Below, piece after piece: positions 47,182 to 56,978 of a DNA stretch of 64,000 nt. Below the pieces are notes generated by a model. That model ran no database searches, was not told where the DNA came from, and saw only the letters and a list, made by a program, of their open reading frames with translations. Made by a program: the position numbers and the translations under genes. Position 1 is the first letter of the stretch. Every line of letters begins with the position of its first letter. Origin of the DNA: an uncultured virus (IMG/VR IMGVR_UViG_3300028840_003366). Taxonomy: Duplodnaviria > Heunggongvirae > Uroviricota > Caudoviricetes. The stretch is from the IMG/VR virus record IMGVR_UViG_3300028840_003366; one strand, given 5' to 3'.

Positions 47182-47945
47182 GAACATTCATCAACAATCA
47201 GAGACTGGCTCAGCTGGCTGGAGTGAATTTCGATTCAGAGGAAATCAAAGAAGGCCCAATTGTATATTCCCGGACTCATACAATTGCTTCCCAATTCTCC
47301 AAGCTGTCCAAGTTCCCTGATTGTGTCTTAATCACCAGCTTCTCAGATGCAGAATGTACGGTGGCTATGTCTAGGAGATTGCCACCAAACGTTCGGAGAT
47401 GGTTTAGCAATAATGTTTCAGCCCATCATCCACGCATTACTGCTATTCCCATAGGATTGAGAACATCTCCAGAAGGCGAAGTGAAATTGAGAGAGGCTAT
47501 GAACAGAGGGAGATTGCCTCAGCGTAATCTGGTATATATGAATTTCTTCAGGAGAATTCACCGTTCACAAAATCCACGCAAAGGATTATATGAGATGTTT
47601 GGAGGAAAGGATTGGGTGACAACTGAAGGCGGATTTGATCATATGCCAATGGATCATTTCTATGAACAAATGCTTTCCCATCCATACATTCTTTCTCCTC
47701 CTGGAGCTGGTCCAGATTGTCACCGTCACTGGGAGTCTATCCTGTTGGGCTCAATCCCTATTGTACTGAAGAGTCCAGCCATGAAAATTCTGTATGGCCT
47801 TCCTTGTCTTCAGGTCAATAATTGGGCTGAGGTGACAGAAGAGAGATTGGTAGCTGAACTTCCCGAATTACAAAAGCTGTTTCAGAGTCCATTGATGGAA
47901 ATATGCTATTTTGAATACTGGAAACAGCAGATATTGGAGGCGTAG
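47178..47945 (+). CDS. Exostosin (GT47)-like glycosyltransferase
   Basis: IPIG, LSPPGAGPDCHRHWESILLGSIPIV. Confidence 0.75.
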   Translation: MRTFINNQRLAQLAGVNFDSEEIKEGPIVYSRTHTIASQFSKLSKFPDCVLITSFSDAECTVAMSRRLPPNVRRWFSNNVSAHHPRITAIPIGLRTSPEGEVKLREAMNRGRLPQRNLVYMNFFRRIHRSQNPRKGLYEMFGGKDWVTTEGGFDHMPMDHFYEQMLSHPYILSPPGAGPDCHRHWESILLGSIPIVLKSPAMKILYGLPCLQVNNWAEVTEERLVAELPELQKLFQSPLMEICYFEYWKQQILEA

Positions 47946-48551
47946 ATGGCTCAGCAAATTGTGATGTGTGGAATTCCCCGTAGTGGATCAACGTTGGTAT
48001 GGCAAATTCTTCAAGCTGTCTTTCCTAATGAAGCCATTCCAAAGACCCATCCTGATGTATGGGAGCCTGATGGTTCCACAGTCATTGTTTCTATTCGCAA
48101 TCCATTTGATGTGGTTGCTTCTCTATTGAGAGTCCGGCTGAGCAGGGAAAGAAGAAACACTCCTGATGAAAATGATATTGAGAACGTATTGGGAAGGACA
48201 ACCCTGTGCTTTGAAAGGTTGGATGGTCTATTGTATGGACCTCATGCTTTGCTTCGGTATGAGTATTTTTATAAGGATTATTCTCTCATATACGATATGA
48301 TCAGAAGTGTGTTTGGACTGTATATATCTCCAAATAATCGAAAGAAAATCAATCAACAATTCAGTCTGGAAAGAAACAGGGAAAGAGCTGATGCTTTGAA
48401 AGATTTTAGTGAAGTTGATGGAGATCAAATCCACGGTGATCATATTGGTCATGTCATTCCTGGATATTGGGAAGAGTATTTGCCTGATTGGAGTTTCAGC
48501 CGGGTAGTAGAAGTCTGTGAACCAATATGCAGGGAATGGGGTTATGAATAA
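47946..48551 (+). CDS. PAPS-dependent sulfotransferase
   Basis: 5'-PSB GIPRSGST, 3'-PB IRNPFDVVAS, LRYE, PGYW. Confidence 0.85.
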   Translation: MAQQIVMCGIPRSGSTLVWQILQAVFPNEAIPKTHPDVWEPDGSTVIVSIRNPFDVVASLLRVRLSRERRNTPDENDIENVLGRTTLCFERLDGLLYGPHALLRYEYFYKDYSLIYDMIRSVFGLYISPNNRKKINQQFSLERNRERADALKDFSEVDGDQIHGDHIGHVIPGYWEEYLPDWSFSRVVEVCEPICREWGYE

Positions 48552-49179
48552 GATTGTAGCGTGTGGTATTCCTCGAAGTGGATCAACGTTGGTATGGTTG
48601 CTGCTTCAAAAAATACTAGATAGACAAGTGATCAAAGCTCATCCTGCTTCGTGGTCTCCTGAACCTTGTGAATTGATTGTCAGTTCAATTCGCCATCCCT
48701 ATGATACAGCAGCTAGTTGTTTCCGTACTCGTATCGTAGGAAAAGGGGATGGGTCATTGGAAAATTCTCAATGCACCAAACAAGGTTTGACAGCTGAATT
48801 GAATATGATGAACAGCAACTTTGAAGCTCTGAAATTATGGATACAAAAATATCCTGGTAAAGTAGTGATACTTCGCTATGAAGAATTCTTTGATAATTTC
48901 AATGTCATCTTTCATATGATCAAAGAGCAATTGGGAGTAGATGTTCCAACATCTCAAAGGAAAGCTCTCATTCAGAAATATTCATTTGAGTCCAATAGAA
49001 AGAAAAGTCTTCAAATCAATCCTGGGGAAAGCATCGAACGTATGGGGACATCTCATGTAGCTGTCGGTGTTCCTGGTTCATGGAAATCCATTATACCATT
49101 CTGGGGATATGATTTGATGAAAAAATGGTGTGATCCTATATGCAAAGAATGGGGATATATGAAATATGAGAATCAATAA
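48544..49179 (+). CDS. PAPS-dependent sulfotransferase (paralogue of upstream gene)
   Basis: GIPRSGST, IRHPYDTAAS, LRYEEF, PGSWK. Confidence 0.85.
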   Translation: MNKIVACGIPRSGSTLVWLLLQKILDRQVIKAHPASWSPEPCELIVSSIRHPYDTAASCFRTRIVGKGDGSLENSQCTKQGLTAELNMMNSNFEALKLWIQKYPGKVVILRYEEFFDNFNVIFHMIKEQLGVDVPTSQRKALIQKYSFESNRKKSLQINPGESIERMGTSHVAVGVPGSWKSIIPFWGYDLMKKWCDPICKEWGYMKYENQ

Positions 49180-49789
49180 GCATTTCGGGTTTGTATTTAT
49201 CTCAACACCAAAGGCCTGCACTCATACCATTTACAAAATTCTGGATGAGCATTATTCAGAAGGATTGATTGAAGATGGATTTCATAATAACAAGATACCT
49301 GATTTATATCAATCCTATTTTCGTTGGACAATCTGTCGCAATCCATATTCAAGAATGGTGAGTGTTTGGTGGAGTGCCTGCAGACTTGCCCACAAGGATC
49401 AGTATGGATTCCGAAAGAGATGTGGAGCCAAGGATGATTTCAATCAGTTTGTGCGTTGGTTGGTTGAATTGCCATTGAGAAAACGTCAACGTGATCCTTT
49501 AATGATGAATCAATCCGAATGGCTTTGGGATATAGAGCCTGTTGTTTCAATCCGAATGGAGAATTTGGAAGATGGTTTGAAGCATCTTCCCTTTTGGAAA
49601 AATGGAATTGAGATTCCACAGTTGAATACTACAGATGAGAAAATACCAGACCGTGAAGAAGAGGAAGGACAAACAATTATCAAACCACCTTGGCAAGAAT
49701 TCTATCAAGACAAGAATATTCAGGAAGCAGTGATGAAATTCTCTGAGCCTGATTTTGCAAGGTTTGGATATTCAGAAGAGATACCATGA
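49166..49789 (+). CDS. Sulfotransferase family 2 (carbohydrate sulfotransferase-like)
   Basis: FISTPKACTHTI, RNPYSRMVS, RMENL, DFARFGY. Confidence 0.8.
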   Translation: MRINKHFGFVFISTPKACTHTIYKILDEHYSEGLIEDGFHNNKIPDLYQSYFRWTICRNPYSRMVSVWWSACRLAHKDQYGFRKRCGAKDDFNQFVRWLVELPLRKRQRDPLMMNQSEWLWDIEPVVSIRMENLEDGLKHLPFWKNGIEIPQLNTTDEKIPDREEEEGQTIIKPPWQEFYQDKNIQEAVMKFSEPDFARFGYSEEIP

Positions 49790-50463
49790 AAAAGGGTTCA
49801 AAACACACAACTGAAACTCGTATGAAAATGAGCAAAGCTCATAAAGGAGTAAAGCGTGCTAAACATACGGCCGAAACACGTATGAAAATAGGCAAAGCTA
49901 ACAAAGGAAAGAAGCGTACTGAAGAAGTTAAAAGAAAACTAAGCATATCTCATTTAGGTCATAAGGCTTGGAATAAAGGAAAGTCACTATCTAAAGAGAT
50001 AAGAAGAAAAATGAGTGAAGCTCATAAGGGTCATTGTTTTTCTAAACAAACTCGTGCCAAACTAAGTAAGGCCATGATTATGTCTATTAAAGAAGGGAGC
50101 AGACATCCAGAACGAAATGGTGTTTCAGGTGATTTCTATTCAAAGAAAAACAAAAAGACTCTTCACTATCGTTCTCAATTAGAAATGAATTGGTATCAAC
50201 TTCTGGAACAAATGAACAAGGTCAAAGCATATCATGTAGAGCCTTATATTATTCCTTATAAGTTTGAAGGTTTAACTAAACATTATCTACCTGACCTAAG
50301 AATTGTTTATACAGATGGAACTTTTGAACTGGTTGAAATCAAACCAGAATCACTTTGGAATAATCCTAAGAATCAAGCCAAGTGGAAAGCAGCAAGACGT
50401 TGGTGTAAGAAACAAATTATTAAAACTACTTTCAAAGTAGTTGGGTATGAGGGGTTGAATTGA
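49786..50463 (+). CDS. Second NUMOD3 plus TnsA-N-like endonuclease
   Basis: HTTETRMKMS-type repeats; YRSQLE, YLPDL, LVEIKP. Confidence 0.8.
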   Translation: MKKGSKHTTETRMKMSKAHKGVKRAKHTAETRMKIGKANKGKKRTEEVKRKLSISHLGHKAWNKGKSLSKEIRRKMSEAHKGHCFSKQTRAKLSKAMIMSIKEGSRHPERNGVSGDFYSKKNKKTLHYRSQLEMNWYQLLEQMNKVKAYHVEPYIIPYKFEGLTKHYLPDLRIVYTDGTFELVEIKPESLWNNPKNQAKWKAARRWCKKQIIKTTFKVVGYEGLN

Positions 50464-51113
50464 TGAAACGTTTGATTAGCTTCAGCGTGTACGGAAACAA
50501 ACCTATGTATAATGAGGGAGCCATTGCGAACGCAAAACTGGCTCCCAAAATATATCCGGGATGGATTGTGAGAGTGTACTGTGGTAGGAAAGTGACGTGC
50601 AAGGAAAAACTGATTGATATGGGTTGCGAAGTGATTCAGATGAGGCATTCCCGAATGCATTCAGGAATGTTCTGGAGATTCCTTGCGGCCTGGGATGAGA
50701 AGGCTGAGCGTGTCATCTTTCGTGATACAGATTCCCGGTTGAATGTAAGGGAAGCAGCTGCAGTGAAAGCGTGGGAGAAGTCCGGCTTGATGGCCCACTC
50801 AATGCATGACCATCCACATCACTGCAACCTTCCCTTTCAGGGAGGAATGTGGGGAATCAAAACAGGTATTCTTCCTGCTGAGATGATGGATATGGTTGTG
50901 TTGATGGGAAGAAAGCCACAGGGGAGAATCAAAGACATGAGATTTTTGAATGAGCATGTCTATCCATTGGTATGCAGTTCAACTCTCCGGCATTCTTCTC
51001 AGGTTTTGAAGAAATGGAGTTGGGACAAATTCCCTTCTCATCCGAAGTTTGAGGGATTTGTTGGTCAACAATATGACAACGAAGGAAATCCAATCTGGCC
51101 TGAAGTGAAATGA
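50463..51113 (+). CDS. Putative GT-A glycosyltransferase
   Basis: ISFSVYG, YPGW..RVY, MFWRF, FRDTDSR (DxD), HDHPHH, GGMWG. Confidence 0.7.
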   Translation: MKRLISFSVYGNKPMYNEGAIANAKLAPKIYPGWIVRVYCGRKVTCKEKLIDMGCEVIQMRHSRMHSGMFWRFLAAWDEKAERVIFRDTDSRLNVREAAAVKAWEKSGLMAHSMHDHPHHCNLPFQGGMWGIKTGILPAEMMDMVVLMGRKPQGRIKDMRFLNEHVYPLVCSSTLRHSSQVLKKWSWDKFPSHPKFEGFVGQQYDNEGNPIWPEVK

Positions 51114-51115
51114 AA

Positions 51116-51184
51116 TTGGTGGGGCGTGAGGAACCTTCCCTATGAGTGTTCAGCCAACTCTCAAAAAAGACCCAGCCCCACCAA
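51116..51184. terminator. Inverted repeat at the convergence of the late and early arms
   Basis: TTGGTGGGGC ... GCCCCACCAA between convergent stop codons. Confidence 0.55.
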
Positions 51185-51189
51185 CTATT

Positions 51190-51417
51190 TTATACACACC
51201 AATTGCAGATCATATAACCACAGGTAGGACAGGTACATCCATAGCATTCATCACTGAGCGGCTCAAATTCAATATTATTATCTTTTAATTCTTTTCTACT
51301 TCTGATTCTCCATTCTTTACAAGCTCTATCCATATTCCAATTGTCTTCAGGATATTTGAGATTTATTTCCTTTTCAATTTCGTGACATTTACAATTCTTA
51401 TCAATATATGGTTTCAT
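51190..51417 (-). CDS. Cys-rich hypothetical protein
   Basis: CYGCTCPTCG..CNWCV. Confidence 0.55.
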   Translation of the reverse strand: MKPYIDKNCKCHEIEKEINLKYPEDNWNMDRACKEWRIRSRKELKDNNIEFEPLSDECYGCTCPTCGYMICNWCV

Positions 51418-51985
51418 CCTCTCCTCCTTTCAGTTCAACCACCTTCCCAATTTTGAGTTCTTCTGAATGTGTCACCTGAATAAATTGAATGCTAAACTCC
51501 TTTGACAACATCTCTAGCATCTCCGGCACCCGTTCCAAGTACCCGTTAGCCTTCGACACATTTCCAAAGGGCTGATCCAGAATTTCTATTGGAGTTATTC
51601 CTTTGTTGGAAAGAAGCAATGAGGAAAGCCGAAGAGCAAACGCCACGACATCAATCACTCCCCCACCCACATTCTTCCTCTCACGACCATCCCGAATGAA
51701 AACCAATTCGGCCTCAGTCTTTCCCCGTTTGGATTGAAAACGGATTTGGAATTCATACGGATCATCGAAGATAGTTTGAAGGCATTTGTTGACAATGGTT
51801 GTTATCCGCTTATGAACCTGCTGTTGGATTTGCTCTGCTGCCTCCTGGGCCAGCCCTTGGGCCTCTAATACGTCTGACAAGCTCATTTTGGCCTCTTCTA
51901 GCCTGTTTCTCTCTGAATCAAGCTCTTTACACGTATTTTCATACTCTCGCTTTAGAGAGGCGATTTTGGCTTTCAGATGGTTCAT
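51401..51985 (-). CDS. SbcC/Rad50-like ABC ATPase, C-terminal half
   Basis: Coiled coil, then signature-like VGGG..VAFALR and Walker B ILDQPF, IQVTH. Confidence 0.8.
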   Translation of the reverse strand: MNHLKAKIASLKREYENTCKELDSERNRLEEAKMSLSDVLEAQGLAQEAAEQIQQQVHKRITTIVNKCLQTIFDDPYEFQIRFQSKRGKTEAELVFIRDGRERKNVGGGVIDVVAFALRLSSLLLSNKGITPIEILDQPFGNVSKANGYLERVPEMLEMLSKEFSIQFIQVTHSEELKIGKVVELKGGEDETIY

Positions 51986-52800
51986 TTATTAACTTTCATT
52001 TCAAAACCTTCTTTTGAGCCGCACCAGGGACAATAATGAAGAGGAGTAAGTGACTTCCAACCACATGTCTTGCACTTTAGCAATTTGGAATGGAAGTATA
52101 GTCCACGCAGACCCCAACCGATACCAACACCTGTAAGATAAAGCAGTGTGTAGTAAAGTATCATTTCATTTCCTCTCTGAGTGCTTTTTCTAAAGCAATA
52201 TGAATCTTGTTTGTATCAAGCCATTCTATCACTTTGATCTTATCTCTGATTTCGCTATATGGTTGTTGTCCTGCTCCTAGGATATTCAATGAGCAAGGCA
52301 CTTGCAATCCTTCAAGCAATTCTGCTAGCAATTCAATCAATGTCTTTTTCATCTTTAGTACCTCACCACTTCAGCAACTTGGCCGAAGGGAATATTGTGG
52401 ATATGGGGAGATGTTTGTTTGTAGTACTCCTTTACCAGTACTGTGTTCTCATGTGGCTTTGGTGATTTTTCTAATCTTGCGAAGTTTCCGTTTTGCAGTT
52501 TTAATCTTGAACCTTCTCTTACCTGCAACCTTGATTTTTTTCTTCCCATGTTTCTTCTCCTTCTTTCTGAGATGATTTTGTCCCTTGAATTCCTTGCTAC
52601 TGACAGCCAGCCACTTACCATTGTCAAGCTTCTGGACTCTGTGTCTGCTTTTCCTGCAGTCTTTAACCGTCATCAAAGTGTTAGAATATCTTTTGATGAT
52701 CTTACCAAATCTCCATCCCTCCCAGTAGAACCAGACCCAATGTTCTCCTTCTTTTCCTTTTGTTCTCATTAAACGTAATTCCTCCTATACTATTATAATT

Positions 52801-52989
52801 TTACAAATCCAAACCAAATTGATTATATATGATTTTTTTGATCAGATTGTGTATCAGCATACGCTCAGTGAGAACCATCTGGCGCATACCATTCATCATA
52901 GGTTTCTCCAACGCCTTGGCTTTCTTCTGCTCTTGTCTCTTGAGGTAGTCTAGCAGACGGGTCTTGCTGAATCTCTCGGCCATCCTCAT
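52801..52989 (-). CDS. Hypothetical early protein
   Basis: 62-aa ORF with AAGGAG. Confidence 0.45.
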   Translation of the reverse strand: MRMAERFSKTRLLDYLKRQEQKKAKALEKPMMNGMRQMVLTERMLIHNLIKKIIYNQFGLDL

Positions 52990-53205
52990 TCTCCTTCAAT
53001 TTTGTCTTGAGCCCGGACACGGCGATAGAAACGGTCATATGGATCACTTTCAAACCTGACCACCCAGGATTCCCATTCACTGCCGTCTTGGTTTGCTTGC
53101 TTCTCAATCAGTATTGCTCTGCCTTCTTCAACCGTCTTGCCTTCTAAGGTCTGATTATAGACCATGACCTAATCACCCTTCTTCAATCCTGACATCTTCA
53201 TTCTC

Positions 53206-53541
53206 CTATGATTGACGATCAAGAGGAATATCACATGCACAATTCTTCCAGCTCAGGTGACACCGTGAGCAGATTTCAAACGGATTCTCTTCGGTTTCAT
53301 AATACTCAAAATCAACTGAATCAATATTGTAGATGTGCCCACGCTTCAGTCCTGCATCTTCCAACGCTTTCCTGATCTCTTGTGCCTTCTCCCCATCAAC
53401 AGCTTGAACTCCATCACAATCCATCTTCAGTGTGGGAAACTGATCCATGATGAGGTCGTAGGCTTCCTCCGAATACAAGTAGAAGGTATACATGCGGTTG
53501 GGATAGATACGCCCGTTGTGCTGAACCTTTGCCATCTTCAT
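53206..53541 (-). CDS. Hypothetical early protein
   Basis: 111 aa; ATGA-coupled. Confidence 0.55.
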   Translation of the reverse strand: MKMAKVQHNGRIYPNRMYTFYLYSEEAYDLIMDQFPTLKMDCDGVQAVDGEKAQEIRKALEDAGLKRGHIYNIDSVDFEYYETEENPFEICSRCHLSWKNCACDIPLDRQS

Positions 53542-54473
53542 TCTCCTTCTGCTTTAATTATGATCTCAGCCTTGGAAGGCCTTTTGTAGAAACCAAACTT
53601 GTCATCATCCTTGCTGGGGGTTATTGTGGCCGTGAATCTAACCTTGTCCCCCTTGTTGGCTTCCTCTATGCTACTGGGAACTGATCCCCAAACCCGGAAA
53701 CCTCTATTGTCCTTGACCATCATCTTCCATGATGGAAATTGAGCATATTCATCCGGCTCTTTGAGCTTCAGAATCACGCCTTCAATCTGAGTCCGGCCTT
53801 CAGGACAAGATTCAGCAGCAGCATTCTCAGCAGCCCACTTGGCTTCCAGATTCTTGCGCCGTTCCTCTCTGGTGTTGCCACTGGCAAGGTCATTGAGCAT
53901 CTTGCGGACAAAATTGATTTGCTTGTCACTCAGACTCTCATACCTGACCAGCTTGCCAATAATGTTAGCAATGATGCCCATTTCCTCAGAATGGAAGTGG
54001 TCCAGCACTATTCCGGCCCGAAAGTCAGCAGCCATCTTCTCGTGCTCTTCGTAAATGTCCCATGCTGTATTCAGTCCAGCATCTTGGAGTATCTGCTTGG
54101 CCTTCGTTTGTCCTGTCTTGAGATTATTCCAATCAGTGACTGATTTACGCATATTTCGGAAAGCAGCCTTGTGATTACCTCCAAGATTTCCACAGCAGGT
54201 TTCACCAACCTCAATGTAGCTATTGGATGGAGCATGATAAAAGCAAGCCAGGTAGTTTGCATGAGCGCCACACACATGGCAGCTGCCGCCATGCTCGTGC
54301 ATTGAATATACTCCACCTGTCCGGATCATATGCTCCCGTATGATTTGACGCTGAGCCGCATCATGTAACACAGCCTCCAGTCCACCTGAGTTATAAGTTA
54401 CGGCTACAAACTCATACTCTTCCGGATTGATAACTGAAGGTCTATGTTCATCCGTTCTTGTCATTATCTTCAT
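53538..54473 (-). CDS. Early protein with zinc-binding motif and C-terminal OB-fold-like domain
   Basis: CHVCG...VGETC; WGSVP...GDKVRFTAT...FGFYKRP. Confidence 0.6.
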   Translation of the reverse strand: MKIMTRTDEHRPSVINPEEYEFVAVTYNSGGLEAVLHDAAQRQIIREHMIRTGGVYSMHEHGGSCHVCGAHANYLACFYHAPSNSYIEVGETCCGNLGGNHKAAFRNMRKSVTDWNNLKTGQTKAKQILQDAGLNTAWDIYEEHEKMAADFRAGIVLDHFHSEEMGIIANIIGKLVRYESLSDKQINFVRKMLNDLASGNTREERRKNLEAKWAAENAAAESCPEGRTQIEGVILKLKEPDEYAQFPSWKMMVKDNRGFRVWGSVPSSIEEANKGDKVRFTATITPSKDDDKFGFYKRPSKAEIIIKAEGE

Positions 54474-54559
54474 TCTCCTATTTCTTCGCTTCGTAAAGAC
54501 CTGTCCCCAGCCGCTTGCTTGAAATCTTTTGCTCTGCCATCTCTATTTCCTTATTAACG

Positions 54560-54619
54560 TTCTATAAGTAATATAACATATTTTGATACGAATGTCAACA
54601 GAAAAATCGGAAAAATTTT
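54560..54619 (-). promoter_or_regulatory. Strong early sigma70 promoter, copy 2 of an identical 60-bp repeat
   Basis: Identical to 18214-18273. Confidence 0.85.
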
Positions 54620-54629
54620 ATAGAAAATA

Positions 54630-54674
54630 AAAACTGCTCTAAACAGCTGGAAAACAACGGTTTAGAGCAGTTTT
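54630..54674 (-). terminator. Putative terminator upstream of the early promoter
   Basis: AAAACTGCTCTAAAC / GTTTAGAGCAGTTTT 15-bp inverted repeat. Confidence 0.6.
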
Positions 54675-54686
54675 CTGAAATATCTA

Positions 54687-54941
54687 TCAATCTGTTTTTT
54701 CCAGTTTGGCTCCCCACTTCTTCATAAAGGCAGCATACTGGATCTTATATTTCTTCTCCAATCGTTTCATCTCTGCTTGCTTTTCCTCTAGCAATTCCTT
54801 GGCCGTCTCTATGTTAGAACAACTAAATTCATTCTTGAGTGATTTCAACAGCTGGTCAATTCTCCCCTGGGCTCGTTCCTTGTCCCGCTCAAGGTCTTTG
54901 ACTTTCTTTTTCAATTCTATAACAGAATCTAGGTCAGTCAC
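54687..54941 (-). CDS. Coiled-coil protein (possible middle segment of SbcC)
   Basis: 84 aa heptad pattern; follows the Mre11-like gene. Confidence 0.6.
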   Translation of the reverse strand: MTDLDSVIELKKKVKDLERDKERAQGRIDQLLKSLKNEFSCSNIETAKELLEEKQAEMKRLEKKYKIQYAAFMKKWGAKLEKTD

Positions 54942-55938
54942 GTTTCAACGCCTCCAGTAACAGTTTTCTAACTGTGTTTTTTGTATATCGTTTCTTCATT
55001 AGGAATTCAATTGCCTCTGCATAGTCAAAACATTGAGCCTGCACATCTTTCAGCCCATGAATGAAATCAATCATGTCACTTTCATTACCTCTGCATTTGC
55101 CTTCAAAGTCATCTTCTACACTTATGAACTGTTCCAGTTTGGTGCTGAGATAATGAGTGAGTATGATTCCTGATTTACATAACAGACCAACCCGTGGAAT
55201 ATAACGAAGCTCATCAGCTTTTCTACGCATGAATGATCCACAATTCATGACAGGTATTCCATTCAGTTTTGTTTTGAATCCTTTGTGATTGTCTCCAAAT
55301 ACCAAGGCATCATATCCTATTGCTTTGCTTTTGAATTTTGAGATATGGTTATTCTTAGGAGCCTGAGGATGTTTGTATTTTTTTATCCAAAGATACTCAT
55401 GGATAAGAGCAATGTCTGTTCTTTCTTTTGATGTGTTTTTCTTGTTCAATGGTTTCAATGGAACTCCCCACGGAAATCCATGTACTACAATGTTGTTTTC
55501 TATGGGAAGAAAATTGAGAACAGGACTGATCCGATCAGCCAGCACCATGGTCCAGAAAGCAGATTTTTCAATTAGGTCAATGTTGTGAAGAGGTAAATCA
55601 TGCTGACCTGGAACAGCGTACATAGTGGGAAGGTGCTGCAAAGCAAAATTGATCAATGCAGGATCAGCTTTCCAATAATCAAACACATCTCCAGCACAGA
55701 GGATAGGGGCTTTGTAAAAGTCAGCTATTTCAGTCAATTGGTCCAATGGTTTTTTCATTGCAGCAAACCAATCCTTTTCTTCCCTACGCACTCGTGGAGG
55801 TTTGCTGCTCAGATGAATATCAGAACAGAGAATAGCTATGACTTTATCTTCACCAAGCTCCCGCATAACGGGCAGGTTTGTCCTATCATCTTTTTTAGCT
55901 TTCTTTCGTCTGATTCTAGTTTTCTTTCTGTCTGGCAT
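54934..55938 (-). CDS. SbcD/Mre11-like metallophosphoesterase nuclease (start possibly downstream)
   Basis: SDIH, AGDVFD, PGQHD, FGDNH, NCGS. Confidence 0.88.
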   Translation of the reverse strand: MPDRKKTRIRRKKAKKDDRTNLPVMRELGEDKVIAILCSDIHLSSKPPRVRREEKDWFAAMKKPLDQLTEIADFYKAPILCAGDVFDYWKADPALINFALQHLPTMYAVPGQHDLPLHNIDLIEKSAFWTMVLADRISPVLNFLPIENNIVVHGFPWGVPLKPLNKKNTSKERTDIALIHEYLWIKKYKHPQAPKNNHISKFKSKAIGYDALVFGDNHKGFKTKLNGIPVMNCGSFMRRKADELRYIPRVGLLCKSGIILTHYLSTKLEQFISVEDDFEGKCRGNESDMIDFIHGLKDVQAQCFDYAEAIEFLMKKRYTKNTVRKLLLEALKRD

Positions 55939-56861
55939 ATTCTTTCCTGTTCTGTTTCCATTTCAGCAATGTGGTCTGATAGTCTTTTAACCAGCTGCTC
56001 CGTCTTATTATATTTGTTGGTGATTGAAACCAGCTGTTTGATATTAGGTATTTTCATGGTAGATACCTGGCTGGCTTTTTCAAGGTCACATAGGATTTTA
56101 GATAGAGATTCTACCTGAAAGGTTGCTTTCTGTAGCTCAATACCTGTTTTTAATGCTCTCTCGCACTCAAAATAGCCCTTAGAAAGGCGTTTCTTTCTTT
56201 TTAGGTACCTTTCTATAGTTTGTACGCTCTCGCTCATAGAAACGAAATTTGAGCGTGTTTCATCTATCTGCAAGGACAGTTGTTCCAATCGTTGAAAGTC
56301 AGCGCTCATTCTCTTCACGAAACGTAGGTGTTTTGCTGATTGTGATACTTCGTCCAAACGTTTTTCGCTCAGAGTCACTTCCATTCTGGTTTGTCTAATT
56401 TTGTTGTTCAGATTTGAAAGAGTGGAATCAATAATCTCCAAATCTACAATCTGGTTCAGTTGCTTGCTTACTTCTCCGGGAGAAATCATGAACCAATATG
56501 GAGCATCGAATTGAAGTTGAAAATTCAATTCCTCCATGCCCAGGAATTGTTTGACCTCTTCCGGGACATTGGCGCCAAAGGCCTCTAGTGTCTGGCCGTT
56601 GACCTTGTAGATGTTAATGCCCTTTCCTTTTTTTCGGGACACTATACCGTTCTCAGTTTTCAATCCTACAAAAGCTGGTTTGTTTTCATCCCGGATAAAG
56701 GAATCACCCAGAGGACGATTCAGGACAACCCATTGAATAGCTCTGATGATTGAACTCTTCCCGGCATCCGTGGCACCTGTGAAGGTGGTAATGCCTGGGT
56801 CCAGCTTGGCCTTGAACTTATCATGGGCCTCAAAGTTTTTGATTAACAATTCTTTGATCAC
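55836..56861 (-). CDS. SbcC/Rad50-like ATPase, N-terminal half ending at the zinc hook
   Basis: IKNFEAH, GATDAGKSS, Q-loop FQLQFD, terminal CPLCG. Confidence 0.88.
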   Translation of the reverse strand: MIKELLIKNFEAHDKFKAKLDPGITTFTGATDAGKSSIIRAIQWVVLNRPLGDSFIRDENKPAFVGLKTENGIVSRKKGKGINIYKVNGQTLEAFGANVPEEVKQFLGMEELNFQLQFDAPYWFMISPGEVSKQLNQIVDLEIIDSTLSNLNNKIRQTRMEVTLSEKRLDEVSQSAKHLRFVKRMSADFQRLEQLSLQIDETRSNFVSMSESVQTIERYLKRKKRLSKGYFECERALKTGIELQKATFQVESLSKILCDLEKASQVSTMKIPNIKQLVSITNKYNKTEQLVKRLSDHIAEMETEQERICQTERKLESDERKLKKMIGQTCPLCGSLVKIKS

Positions 56862-56978
56862 GATTCTTCTTCCCTCTCTCTTTGTCTATCCAACCACATC
56901 TCCAGCAAATCCATATTTGATATTCATCATCCCAGACCACGGTGCTTTTTCCAGAGCATTTCTTACAACTGACTGATC

